Assembly (NCBI RefSeq): GCF_003481985.1 | Contig: NZ_QUMD01000005.1 | Span: 1 to 40,000 of the forward strand | Direction of reading: 5' to 3' | Origin: Clostridium sp. OF09-36 | GTDB lineage: Bacteria > Bacillota > Clostridia > Lachnospirales > Lachnospiraceae | Length of the DNA: 40,000 nucleotides | Shown here: positions 10,141 through 19,461 of the stretch, piece by piece | Layout of the letters: each line of letters opens with the position of its first letter | Numbering within the stretch: position 1 is the stretch's first letter | Notes under the pieces: model-generated | Seen by the model: the letters and a program-made list of their open reading frames with translations, nothing else | The model's database searches: none | What the model was told of the DNA's origin: nothing | Translations under genes and position numbers: made by a program

Positions 10141-10698
10141 ATGGCAGATACAACAAAAAAAGCAAGTGTACAGATTGTAAATGAGGAGCAGGAGAACATG
10201 GCAGTTACGGAAGTGGAAACAACCGAAGAGGAGAACAAAACCCTCATCAGAATGAATGAGGATGATTTCATCCAGGGACTTATCAGTGCGGCTGATTATG
10301 CGAAAGATGATACACAGCGCATCGAAATTGCCAGAAATGGAAAGGTGCTTTTCGCATTTGAAATCAGACCGTTATCCGAAGAGGAATACAACAAGTGCAA
10401 GAAGAAACACACCAAGTACGTGAGAAACAAACAGTTCGGTATGAAATTACCGGAGGAAACGAACACTGTCAAATTCAGAGATGCACTGATTTATACAGCG
10501 ACGGTTGAAGCAGACCGCGAAAAGCTCTGGGATAACAAAAAGGTATGGGAAAGCCTTAGAGCAAAAGACCTCCAGATTATGAATGGTCTGGATGTTATCG
10601 AATACTGCCTGAAAGCCGGAGAGAAAGACAAGATTATTGAGTGCATCGATTCTCTTAGCGGATTCGAGGAGAATATCGAGGAAGTAGCAAAAAACTAA
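10141..10698 (+). CDS. Tail assembly chaperone (XkdN-like, gpG analogue)
   Basis: Position between tube and tape measure; ATG 10141 after GGAGG; ends with slippery A_AAA_AAC just before TAA. Confidence 0.75.
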   Translation: MADTTKKASVQIVNEEQENMAVTEVETTEEENKTLIRMNEDDFIQGLISAADYAKDDTQRIEIARNGKVLFAFEIRPLSEEEYNKCKKKHTKYVRNKQFGMKLPEETNTVKFRDALIYTATVEADREKLWDNKKVWESLRAKDLQIMNGLDVIEYCLKAGEKDKIIECIDSLSGFEENIEEVAKN

Positions 10699-10874
10699 TT
10701 AAAGCCGGAGGAAAGACTTGTCTGTTGCATCACATATTCCAACGGACAGGAATTACACCGGATGAATTTTATAAAAAACCGCATGGAGTACAGGCGTTTA
10801 TGCTTGCGTCCATGCGGATTTATTTAGAAAGCACGAAAGGAGGAGAGGAGGACGGCGGAAACAATACGAATTGA
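10695..10874 (+). CDS. -1 frame extension of the tail chaperone (gpT analogue)
   Basis: -1 frame open 10659-10874, reads LIKAGGKTCLLHHIFQRTGITPDEFYKKPHGVQAFMLASMRIYLE...; no start codon or SD of its own. Confidence 0.6.
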   Translation, partial: LIKAGGKTCLLHHIFQRTGITPDEFYKKPHGVQAFMLASMRIYLESTKGGEEDGGNNTN

Positions 10875-10932
10875 GATACCTATCGAAGTCGATGATAACA
10901 CTGGTCCTGGTACATCGAGTGTTGAAAAGAAC

Positions 10933-13900
10933 ATGAACAAAGTCAAGGATGCAGCCGACAAAGTGAAAAGCTCTACCGACCAAATGAGCACATCTGCGAA
11001 AAAGGCAAATGATGAGGTTACAAAGTTTGACCGGTCGGCACAGAAAACACAGAAAAGTTTGTTATCATGGGCGAAAGAAAAGTATTCGGTGCTGTTGGAG
11101 GCGAAAGATAAGATTTCACCAATATTGTCAACAATCAAGGGTGGTCTTACCAGTTTTGGAAGAAAGACCTGGAGCGTGACAATGAAAGCAGTAGACCTTG
11201 CCACCGCACCGATACGAGGCGTAATAAACCTCCTAAAAAATCCAATCTTGCAAGTGGGGGCGGTTCTCGGTGTCAGTATCGGATTGAAAGATACGATTGA
11301 TACATATAAGGACTTCGAGGCCGCTATATCACAGGTCAAAGCAGTAAGCGGGGCAACCGGCAGTGAATTCGATAAATTAACAGCCAAGGCAAAGGAGATG
11401 GGAGCGACCACAAAATTTACCGCCACGCAGAGTGCAGAGGCATTTAATTATATGGCTATGGCCGGATGGGATTCACAGCAGATGCTTGATGGTATCGAGG
11501 GAATCCTGAACCTGGCAGCTGCATCCGGGGAGGATTTAGGAACAACCAGTGATATTGTAACAGATGCGCTCACAGCGTTTGGTTTGAAAGCCAGCGATGC
11601 GGCGCATTTTTCAGATGTATTGGCACAGTCGGCGGCGAGTGCAAATACCAATGTTTCCATGATGGGAGAATCTTTCAAATATGTTGCACCAATCGCAGGA
11701 GCGATGAAGTACAGCGTTGAGGACACATCTCTTGCCCTGGGACTGATGGCAAATGCAAGCGTAAAGGGTTCGATGGCTGGTACATCCTTAAAAACAGCGT
11801 TGGCGAATATGGCGGCACCAACAGATAAGATGGCAACCGCCATGAAGAAATACGGAATCAGCCTTACGGATAGCAACGGAAATATGAAAACGCTGAAAGG
11901 CGTTCTTGATAATTTACGTTCAAGCCTGGGAGGATTATCTGAAACCGAAAAGACAGCAGCCGCAAGTACCATTTTCGGTAAAGAGGCTATGTCTGGTATG
12001 CTGGCAATTATCAATGCGACAGAATCCGATTACAACAAACTGGCTGAATCTATCAACAATGCAGATGGAGCCGCATCTAAAATGTCTGACACTATGCTGG
12101 ATAACTTAGAGGGTTCAATCACATTGCTGCAATCAGCTATGGATGGAGTAAAAATCTCATTCGGAGAAAGATTATCTCCTTATGTGAGAGGCATTGCGGA
12201 TTGGCTGACGGAGCAGATGCCGGAAGTTGAGCAGGGACTTAATGAGATGATGGACTGGGTAGACAGCAAAGTGGACCGAATGAAGAGGAAATTCAAAGAA
12301 TTATCACAGTCGGATGAGTGGAAAAATGCGGATTTCTTCGGAAAAGTGAAACTTGCCTGGGATGATTTCATCGCAGAACCGTTCAGCGAATGGTGGCACA
12401 GCACCGGAAAGCAGAAAATCGCAGATATTGCAGGCGATATGGGAACCAGCATCGGAACCGGATTAAAGCTCGGAATATTAACACTTCTTGGAGTGGATGT
12501 TTCGGACACTTTGAATGAGGGTGCGAGCGTTGGGGCTTCGTTTGCGAAAGGATTTGCAGAGGGGTTCGATACAGATGCGATAGCAAGCAAACTGTTTGAG
12601 GGCTTCGGAAATATGGTAAAGAGCGCAGGAAAGTTACTTCCAGGGGGAGAATCGGCAGATTTATCCTCCATTTTTTCTGCAATTATGCTTGCCAAAATCG
12701 CAGGTCCAGTTGCGAGCCTTGGCAAAGGTGCTTTCAGCGTAGGAAAAGCAATTTTCGGTAAAGATGCAGCCACCGGAACATCACTGGCCGGAAGTATTGG
12801 AAGTTCAATCATAGGTTCAGCCGCAAAGGGAACCGGTCTAAAAGGACTTGGCGTAACGATGGGTATGATTGGAAACACATTCGGTTCTGGAGCCACTACC
12901 GGTGCAGGATTGATTGCGGCAGGAACAGCCGGTACAGCCGGAGGGGTAGCCGCAGGAGCAACACTTGTAAGTGCAGGAATTGATGCGTACAAAGCATTGA
13001 AATCCGATGATAAAGCCGAAAAGTCAGCTTATGGAGAATCCGCCGCATGGAAAGCAGGGGGAGTTGCAGCCGGAGCAGCCGCAGGCGCGGCAATCGGTAG
13101 CATTATTCCTGGTCTTGGTACTGCGGTAGGTGCCTTGGTAGGCGCAGGAGTTGGAGGCATTGCAGGTTGGATAAAGGGAAACAAGGTCAAGAAAGAGTAT
13201 CAGGACAATGTGGAGGAGATGCAGAAAGAAGCTGAAAAAGCTCAAAAGGTATTCGATGCCACTGGATTATCAATCGACAAAGTAAGATTTGCGAATGATG
13301 ATTTGAACGATGCAATGAATGACAGTTCCGTAACCGCAGAACAGCTTGCATCATACATCCAGGAGGATGTTGCAAAGGTCGGAAAAGAGGCTTTCGGTAA
13401 CATAAAGTTATCGCTTAGTGAAATTAAAGACCTTGCGAACAAAATCACGTTTGCTGATATGGGCGATGGAATTACAAAGTTCAATGAGGCAACGGAGAGC
13501 GCAAAAGAATCCTTATCATCTTTGGAGAGTTCTGTTTCCACGATGAAAAAGGAAAACTGGAAAGTTGGTCTGGGTATGCAGTTATCCGAAACGGATGTGG
13601 ATGATTACAAAACATCCATTGATAATTTTGTGAAGTCGGCGCAGGACTACATCGAAAACAGCCATTACGAGGCTACAGTTGCCCTAGAATTGCTTACAAA
13701 CGGCGAGGGCAGCACAGAGGGGCTTGACAGTATGTATAACAACATGAAATCCCAGATAGAAGAACTATCGGGAAAATTGAGTGATACAGTGAACATTGCC
13801 CTGGAAGATGGAGTTATCACGCTGGATGAATCGAAAGAAATCACAAATCTGCAAGAACAGATTACAGAAATTACAGAGAAAGTATCAAAAGCGCAGGAGG

Positions 13901-15333
13901 ATGCATCGTTCCAGACCTTGAAAATCAAGTACGGAAATGGTGCAAGTCTTGATATTGATTCATTCAATCAGTTGCAGGAGGAGTTGCAGGCACAGGTAAG
14001 TTCTTTCAAAGAAACTTATGATAATGCGCTTACAGTAACCCTCACAAACCTTAATTTGCAGTTATCCGAGGGAGCTATCACGCAGGAGCAGTACGATGCG
14101 GCTGTACAGCAGGCTACCGATGGATATTACGCAAACATCAACGATATGGAGGTGAGAGTATCAAGTTTCAATCTGGATACGATAGCAGAGGCTTGGAATG
14201 ATGAGCTTGCCGGTATTATGCCGGATATGGAGGGTAGCGTTTCTGAAAAATTGAACGCTGCTTTACAGACTGCATTATCAGAAAAACCGGATATATCAAG
14301 CTGGACCCAGGAGGATATGATGGGATGGCTTGGACTTGATGATATGACAATAGACACATCAGCTTTTGAAAATATCTATCAGGAGTTGGTGGCAACAGCA
14401 GAAAATATGGCACCGACAGCTAAAGAGGAAATCGTGCAAAGTCTGAAAGAATCCATCCCAACGATGGAGGAAGTCATGGCAGAGTACGGTCCAATTTCCA
14501 ATGAGGCATACGAATCCATAGTAGAGCAATACAAAGAAGCGATGAACAGCTCTTTCGAGAGCGCAGATTTTTCTAGTATTGGCACAACATTAAGCACGAA
14601 AATGAGTGATTCGATTTTGAATACTGATACGTCAGCATTCTCAACAGCATTTGCGGAGCTTGGAACGAAATCTGGAACCGATGCGGCAACAGCTTTCCAG
14701 GCTGCGGATTACTCCGGTGTAGGTGCGGCTGTTGGAAGTGGAATCAGCAGTGCTATTACAAATGCTGATATGGCACAGATTAACAGTGCGGTAGATGCAC
14801 TGAAATCAAATACGGATAGTTCCGTAAACAGTGCGTTTGGCGCAGGCGTTTCTACAACAATGCCGGTAAGCGTAACCCTGGACTATTCACTTGTGAATCC
14901 GACAAAGACGTTCACGATAGGCGGTGGAGGAAGTGGAAGTACAACACTTACTGTATCGGCTCATGCAAGCGGCGGTTATGTAAATGACAAGCAGTTGTCA
15001 TGGGTTGGAGAAGAGGGACCGGAGGCAATCATACCTTTAGTTCCCGGCAGAAGAAACAGAGCGCTGGAACTGTACAAAGAGGTTGGGGACATTCTCGGAG
15101 TACAGGCAAATGCGAATGGTAACATCATCGGAGAGGCAGCACCTTTAGGTGGAGGAAGTGGAAGTACAACCATCGGAAGTACAGCAACAGAAATGTTTGC
15201 TTACAGCTCCATTTCGGACTTTTTATCTCTCAATGATAATTTGTTAGCCGAAGCGATTAGAAACGGAGCCACAGGCTATAACGGATTCACAGAGGGTACA
15301 GAAAGCGATTCAGATACGCAGATGAACCTTTGA
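10933..15333 (+). CDS. Tail tape measure protein (probably continues into 15330-15557)
   Basis: 1466 aa; helical N-terminal and C-terminal regions; central Gly/Ala-rich hydrophobic block; canonical position. Confidence 0.9.
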   Translation: MNKVKDAADKVKSSTDQMSTSAKKANDEVTKFDRSAQKTQKSLLSWAKEKYSVLLEAKDKISPILSTIKGGLTSFGRKTWSVTMKAVDLATAPIRGVINLLKNPILQVGAVLGVSIGLKDTIDTYKDFEAAISQVKAVSGATGSEFDKLTAKAKEMGATTKFTATQSAEAFNYMAMAGWDSQQMLDGIEGILNLAAASGEDLGTTSDIVTDALTAFGLKASDAAHFSDVLAQSAASANTNVSMMGESFKYVAPIAGAMKYSVEDTSLALGLMANASVKGSMAGTSLKTALANMAAPTDKMATAMKKYGISLTDSNGNMKTLKGVLDNLRSSLGGLSETEKTAAASTIFGKEAMSGMLAIINATESDYNKLAESINNADGAASKMSDTMLDNLEGSITLLQSAMDGVKISFGERLSPYVRGIADWLTEQMPEVEQGLNEMMDWVDSKVDRMKRKFKELSQSDEWKNADFFGKVKLAWDDFIAEPFSEWWHSTGKQKIADIAGDMGTSIGTGLKLGILTLLGVDVSDTLNEGASVGASFAKGFAEGFDTDAIASKLFEGFGNMVKSAGKLLPGGESADLSSIFSAIMLAKIAGPVASLGKGAFSVGKAIFGKDAATGTSLAGSIGSSIIGSAAKGTGLKGLGVTMGMIGNTFGSGATTGAGLIAAGTAGTAGGVAAGATLVSAGIDAYKALKSDDKAEKSAYGESAAWKAGGVAAGAAAGAAIGSIIPGLGTAVGALVGAGVGGIAGWIKGNKVKKEYQDNVEEMQKEAEKAQKVFDATGLSIDKVRFANDDLNDAMNDSSVTAEQLASYIQEDVAKVGKEAFGNIKLSLSEIKDLANKITFADMGDGITKFNEATESAKESLSSLESSVSTMKKENWKVGLGMQLSETDVDDYKTSIDNFVKSAQDYIENSHYEATVALELLTNGEGSTEGLDSMYNNMKSQIEELSGKLSDTVNIALEDGVITLDESKEITNLQEQITEITEKVSKAQEDASFQTLKIKYGNGASLDIDSFNQLQEELQAQVSSFKETYDNALTVTLTNLNLQLSEGAITQEQYDAAVQQATDGYYANINDMEVRVSSFNLDTIAEAWNDELAGIMPDMEGSVSEKLNAALQTALSEKPDISSWTQEDMMGWLGLDDMTIDTSAFENIYQELVATAENMAPTAKEEIVQSLKESIPTMEEVMAEYGPISNEAYESIVEQYKEAMNSSFESADFSSIGTTLSTKMSDSILNTDTSAFSTAFAELGTKSGTDAATAFQAADYSGVGAAVGSGISSAITNADMAQINSAVDALKSNTDSSVNSAFGAGVSTTMPVSVTLDYSLVNPTKTFTIGGGGSGSTTLTVSAHASGGYVNDKQLSWVGEEGPEAIIPLVPGRRNRALELYKEVGDILGVQANANGNIIGEAAPLGGGSGSTTIGSTATEMFAYSSISDFLSLNDNLLAEAIRNGATGYNGFTEGTESDSDTQMNL

Positions 15334-15557
15334 GCAGTTCGAGCACAGTGGAAACCGGAAAGACAAATATAAACCTTAATATCCAGATGTCACCGCAGTT
15401 CAATATTTCGGATTCAGGCACCGGAAAAATGGATGAGGCAAGCATCATGGCAATTATCCGAAAGAACATGAAGTCAATGGCTGATGAACTGGGAGGAGAA
15501 ATTGCTGACAGACTGGAACAGGTATTTTCAAATATGCCGGTAGTGAAGGAGGGGTAG
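15330..15557 (+). CDS. Small ORF, likely the displaced C-terminus of the tape measure protein
   Basis: TTG start with no SD; -1 frame relative to the tape measure gene; PBSX-type phages have no gene between tape measure and the LysM protein. Confidence 0.4.
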   Translation: MSSSSTVETGKTNINLNIQMSPQFNISDSGTGKMDEASIMAIIRKNMKSMADELGGEIADRLEQVFSNMPVVKEG

Positions 15558-15560
15558 GCG

Positions 15561-16250
15561 ATGGAAATAAAACTGTTTGAAGCGGCTGATAAAAAGAAGT
15601 CGTTTACGTTCTCTTCGTTGCCGGAGAAGATAAGCGGCAGTCTTGGGACGAAGTATCAGACCTATGATATTATCTCCCAGGGTGCCGTAAAGGTGCCAAA
15701 GGGAACAGAAGTGGCGGAAATCTCATGGGATGCCGTTTTCTTCGGACCGGACAGAAAGAATCTGGCGGTTGTGAAAGCGGAAAGTTACCAGAAACCCGAT
15801 AAGTGCATTAAGCAGTTGAGGGAATGGCAGGAAAAGGGAACGGTGCTGAATCTGCTTGTAACAGAAACATGGATTAACATGGATGTTACGATTGATTCAT
15901 TTACACCCGACCCTTTTGGTGCTTATGGAGATGTAAGCTATGGCATTAAATTTTCACAGGCAAAAGACCTGAAAATCTATACAACAAACGAATTGAAAAT
16001 TGCCGCCTTTGTAAAAAAGACAGTTCCGAGAAATGATAACTCAAATAAAGGCTCTTCCTACACGATTGTCAGTGGCGATACGTTGTGGGGGATTGCTTCA
16101 CGAAAACTTGGAAGTGGTACAAAGTGGACGAAGATTTACGATGCAAATGCTTCAACGATTGAGGCGGCAGCCAAGAAACATGGCAAAAGCAGTTCAGACC
16201 ATGGTCATTGGATATGGCCGGGAACAACGCTGTCGATTCCGGCGGCATAG
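15561..16250 (+). CDS. LysM-domain tail protein (XkdP-like)
   Basis: C-terminal LysM motif YTIVSGDTLWGIASRKLGSGTKWTKIYDAN. Confidence 0.8.
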   Translation: MEIKLFEAADKKKSFTFSSLPEKISGSLGTKYQTYDIISQGAVKVPKGTEVAEISWDAVFFGPDRKNLAVVKAESYQKPDKCIKQLREWQEKGTVLNLLVTETWINMDVTIDSFTPDPFGAYGDVSYGIKFSQAKDLKIYTTNELKIAAFVKKTVPRNDNSNKGSSYTIVSGDTLWGIASRKLGSGTKWTKIYDANASTIEAAAKKHGKSSSDHGHWIWPGTTLSIPAA

Positions 16251-16261
16251 GAGGTGCGAAG

Positions 16262-17500
16262 ATGATAGATTTATCAAAAATCGCATACCGACTTACCGTT
16301 ATGGATAGTGGCGGAAAGCAGTATAACATAAAAGAATTTGTCACAGGTCTTGGCTGGGAAGAAAACAAAAATGAGATTTCTGTCCGAACTTCATTTACAG
16401 CAAAGAATGATAAGACATCTGCGGGGCGATTATCAGAGTTAATCAAACCCGGATGTCTTATTGGTATTTTTGCGAGTGATGGAGGAAAGCAGGACAGAGA
16501 AGTGGCAAGGGGAACGGTGCAGGAATGGAATCCGCAGGAGCAAAGCAGTTCCAATACCCTAAAATGCGTTGCATATGATTCTCTGTATGATTTGCAGAGG
16601 AGCCAGGACAACAAATTTTATTCCGCAGGAACCGGTACAAAATCCATTATGACCGGTGCATTTGACGAGTGGGGAATACCCACAAAAGGATATAGCGGAC
16701 CGAATGTATCTCACGAAAAAATGAAATACAGCAGTTCGTATGTATCTGATATGTTGCTGGATGTTTTGGACGATGCCTACAAAAAGGGCGGAGGAAAATT
16801 CATCATCCGGGCGGCGGAGGGGTATGCAGATGTGGTGGAGCGTGGCACGAACACAGATGTTTATGTGTTCCGGGTGGATAACACAAAATCTATCAGCCAG
16901 TCAATAAGCACCGCAAGCCTTGTTACCAGGGTAAAGGTGCTGGGGCAGGCAGACGATGATGGTAATTCTCCGGTCGAGGCAACGGTAGATGGGCTTACAA
17001 AATACGGAATCCGTCAGAGAATCTACACCAGAGGAAAAGACGAAAGCCTGGATGAGGCAAAGACAGCCGCACAAAAAATCATCGATGAAGATGGTGTGAT
17101 TGATGAAGAAATCACAGTGCAGGCTCCAGATGTGCCATTCATCCGAAAAGGCGATTTAGTTTACGTTATGATAGGTTCCGCACAGAATTATTATTACGTG
17201 GTTGGAATCCGGCACGATTGCGATAATTACAGCATGACAATGGACCTGGAACTTGCTAAGACCGAAACAGCAACACAGACAACAAAGAAAAAGGATTACA
17301 ATGTCGGAGATATTGTAAATTTTAAGGGCGGTACGCATTATGTATCGTCCTATTCTGGTTCAAGAGGATATAGCGCAAGAGCCGGAAAAGCGAAAATAAC
17401 AATCAAAAATGGTTCTGGAAAAACTCATCCCTGGCACTTGATACACACTGACAGTGGCAGCAATGTTTACGGATGGGTGGATGATGGAACTTTTGAATAA
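16262..17500 (+). CDS. Baseplate hub/late-control-D-like tail protein (XkdQ-like)
   Basis: ATG 16262 after AGGAGGTG (track TTG 16208 overlaps the upstream gene); C-terminal GDIVNFKGGTHY...HPWHLIHTD..NVYGWVD module. Confidence 0.7.
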   Translation: MIDLSKIAYRLTVMDSGGKQYNIKEFVTGLGWEENKNEISVRTSFTAKNDKTSAGRLSELIKPGCLIGIFASDGGKQDREVARGTVQEWNPQEQSSSNTLKCVAYDSLYDLQRSQDNKFYSAGTGTKSIMTGAFDEWGIPTKGYSGPNVSHEKMKYSSSYVSDMLLDVLDDAYKKGGGKFIIRAAEGYADVVERGTNTDVYVFRVDNTKSISQSISTASLVTRVKVLGQADDDGNSPVEATVDGLTKYGIRQRIYTRGKDESLDEAKTAAQKIIDEDGVIDEEITVQAPDVPFIRKGDLVYVMIGSAQNYYYVVGIRHDCDNYSMTMDLELAKTETATQTTKKKDYNVGDIVNFKGGTHYVSSYSGSRGYSARAGKAKITIKNGSGKTHPWHLIHTDSGSNVYGWVDDGTFE

Positions 17501-17868
17501 TGGGAGGCGATAACGTGGAAAATTTCGATGCGAATGCCGGTACAAATAAGCTGGCAAATGTTTTAAGTGACAGGATGCGAAGAGAAAATGATACATCGTT
17601 ATGCCTGGACTTTGGAGAAATCCAGGGAAACGGCAGCCTCATCACAAATACTTTCCCAGTAGCAATTCCGAAAGGTCAATATTCGGTATGCAGACACGTA
17701 GGAGGATTATCTTTTACAACAAGCGGCGGAAAGCATGGAGGACATTCAAGCGGCGATGGTTCACATGGTCACACAATTACGCCTCCACAGATAAAGCCTG
17801 GGGACAGGGTGCTTGTGGCGTGGGTAATGAATGAAGCCTGCGTCATAGACGTTGTAACAGGTTCGTAG
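17500..17868 (+). CDS. Baseplate protein (XkdR-like, DUF2577-like)
   Basis: 122 aa; LDFGEIQ...GDRVLVAWV pattern; synteny. Confidence 0.6.
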   Translation: MGGDNVENFDANAGTNKLANVLSDRMRRENDTSLCLDFGEIQGNGSLITNTFPVAIPKGQYSVCRHVGGLSFTTSGGKHGGHSSGDGSHGHTITPPQIKPGDRVLVAWVMNEACVIDVVTGS

Positions 17869-17878
17869 GAGGTAAACG

Positions 17879-18310
17879 ATGGCAAATATTGTAACAGTTG
17901 CCGTTCCTGCGTTTATCGAAGAAAGTTCCGAGTATGATACACAATACAAAAGGACAATGAAATGGAATCCCGAAAAAGGGGATTTCGTGAGAAATGCAGC
18001 AAACCAGGTTGTGGAGTGTACCGGAGAAGAGGGCTACATGATTTGGTGCATGAAAGTATCTATGACAGAACGATATTCCTGCCTTGCATATTCCAACGAT
18101 ATAGGTGTTGAGATGGAGGACGCACTGGCGCAGGACGATGAAAAGACAGTCGAATCAATGGTGGAGCGAACCATCAGAGATGCACTGCTTGTAAATCCGA
18201 GGACTGAATGGGTGCGAGATTTCGAGTTTGAATGGAACGGCGATAGCATGAACTGCTCTTTCAAGGTTAAGGGGAAAGAGTGGGACAAAGTATTTCAAAT
18301 CAATATTTAG
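17879..18310 (+). CDS. Baseplate wedge protein (XkdS-like / gp25-W-like)
   Basis: 143 aa; synteny between the XkdR-like and Baseplate-J genes. Confidence 0.6.
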   Translation: MANIVTVAVPAFIEESSEYDTQYKRTMKWNPEKGDFVRNAANQVVECTGEEGYMIWCMKVSMTERYSCLAYSNDIGVEMEDALAQDDEKTVESMVERTIRDALLVNPRTEWVRDFEFEWNGDSMNCSFKVKGKEWDKVFQINI

Positions 18311-18325
18311 AACGGAGGTGGTAAG

Positions 18326-19450
18326 ATGGCGCAACCAGAATTTCATAGACCGGAGTGCTTCGATGGGAGCACAACCGATGAAATACACGAGCGAATGATG
18401 GCGAGCTTGCCGGATGATATAGACGATATGCCTGCCGGATTTCCTTATGATTTCACAAGACCGGCGGCAGAGGAAAAATCAGAGTTTATCAATTATCATC
18501 TGATAAGGGCAGTAATGCTTGCGTTTCCGCAGTATGCCTGGGATGATTGGCTCGATTTGCATGGGGCGCAGGTTCATGTGACAAGGCACGCAGAACAGTA
18601 TGCGACTGGAAACATAACAATTACCGGTGTTGCAGGCAGCGTAATAGCCGCAGGCACCGTTTTTTGCGTACCGGCTGTAGATGATAACCCTGCGATAGAA
18701 TTTGCCACGAATGAGGACTGCACAATAGCTGATGATGGCACTGTAACAGTAGCCGTAACAGCAGTTGAAAGCGGTATCGGTTCAAACGTGGCAGCGCATA
18801 CCGTATGTATCATGGCAAAAAGTGACAAGAACATTACCGGCATAGATAATGCAGAGCCGATTTCTGGCGGAACGGTACGGGAAGAGGACGGAGATTATTT
18901 CGACAGGATATTTGCTGAATATGATAACAGCAAAACATACCTCGGAAATGACAGCGATTTTGTCCGATGGGCGAAAGAAGCAGGCGCAGGAGATTGCATC
19001 GTTGTGGCGGCTTTTGATGGACCCGGAACCGTAAAACTGGTACTGGTAGATGGAAACGGACAGCCGGCAAATGCAAAGTTGATAAATGATGTATATAACT
19101 ACATTGTTTCTCCGAATGACCGGATGCAGCGATTATTGCCGACAGCGTGCGCAAAACTGTCATGCGTGGCTGCAACCACTGTAAAGATGAATTATACCAT
19201 TACTGGATTGTTGCTGGATGAATCGGTGGACAAGTCGCGTGTGGAGGAAGATTTCAAAAAGTTGGTGCTTACCGTTTACGGTGTGGCGAAAAACGAGGGG
19301 ATACTTCGATACAATGATGTGCGCCCGCTGATAACTGCCATTGATGGAGTGGAGGACTTCGACACATTCCTGATAAATGGCAAAATGAGCAATATCAAGT
19401 TGGAGAAAGAAGAATATCCGGTTACTGGAACGATTGATTTCAGAAGTTAG
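18326..19450 (+). CDS. Baseplate J-like protein (XkdT-like)
   Basis: 374 aa; position and sequence character of the Baseplate_J family. Confidence 0.75.
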   Translation: MAQPEFHRPECFDGSTTDEIHERMMASLPDDIDDMPAGFPYDFTRPAAEEKSEFINYHLIRAVMLAFPQYAWDDWLDLHGAQVHVTRHAEQYATGNITITGVAGSVIAAGTVFCVPAVDDNPAIEFATNEDCTIADDGTVTVAVTAVESGIGSNVAAHTVCIMAKSDKNITGIDNAEPISGGTVREEDGDYFDRIFAEYDNSKTYLGNDSDFVRWAKEAGAGDCIVVAAFDGPGTVKLVLVDGNGQPANAKLINDVYNYIVSPNDRMQRLLPTACAKLSCVAATTVKMNYTITGLLLDESVDKSRVEEDFKKLVLTVYGVAKNEGILRYNDVRPLITAIDGVEDFDTFLINGKMSNIKLEKEEYPVTGTIDFRS

Positions 19451-19461
19451 GAGGACGGACG

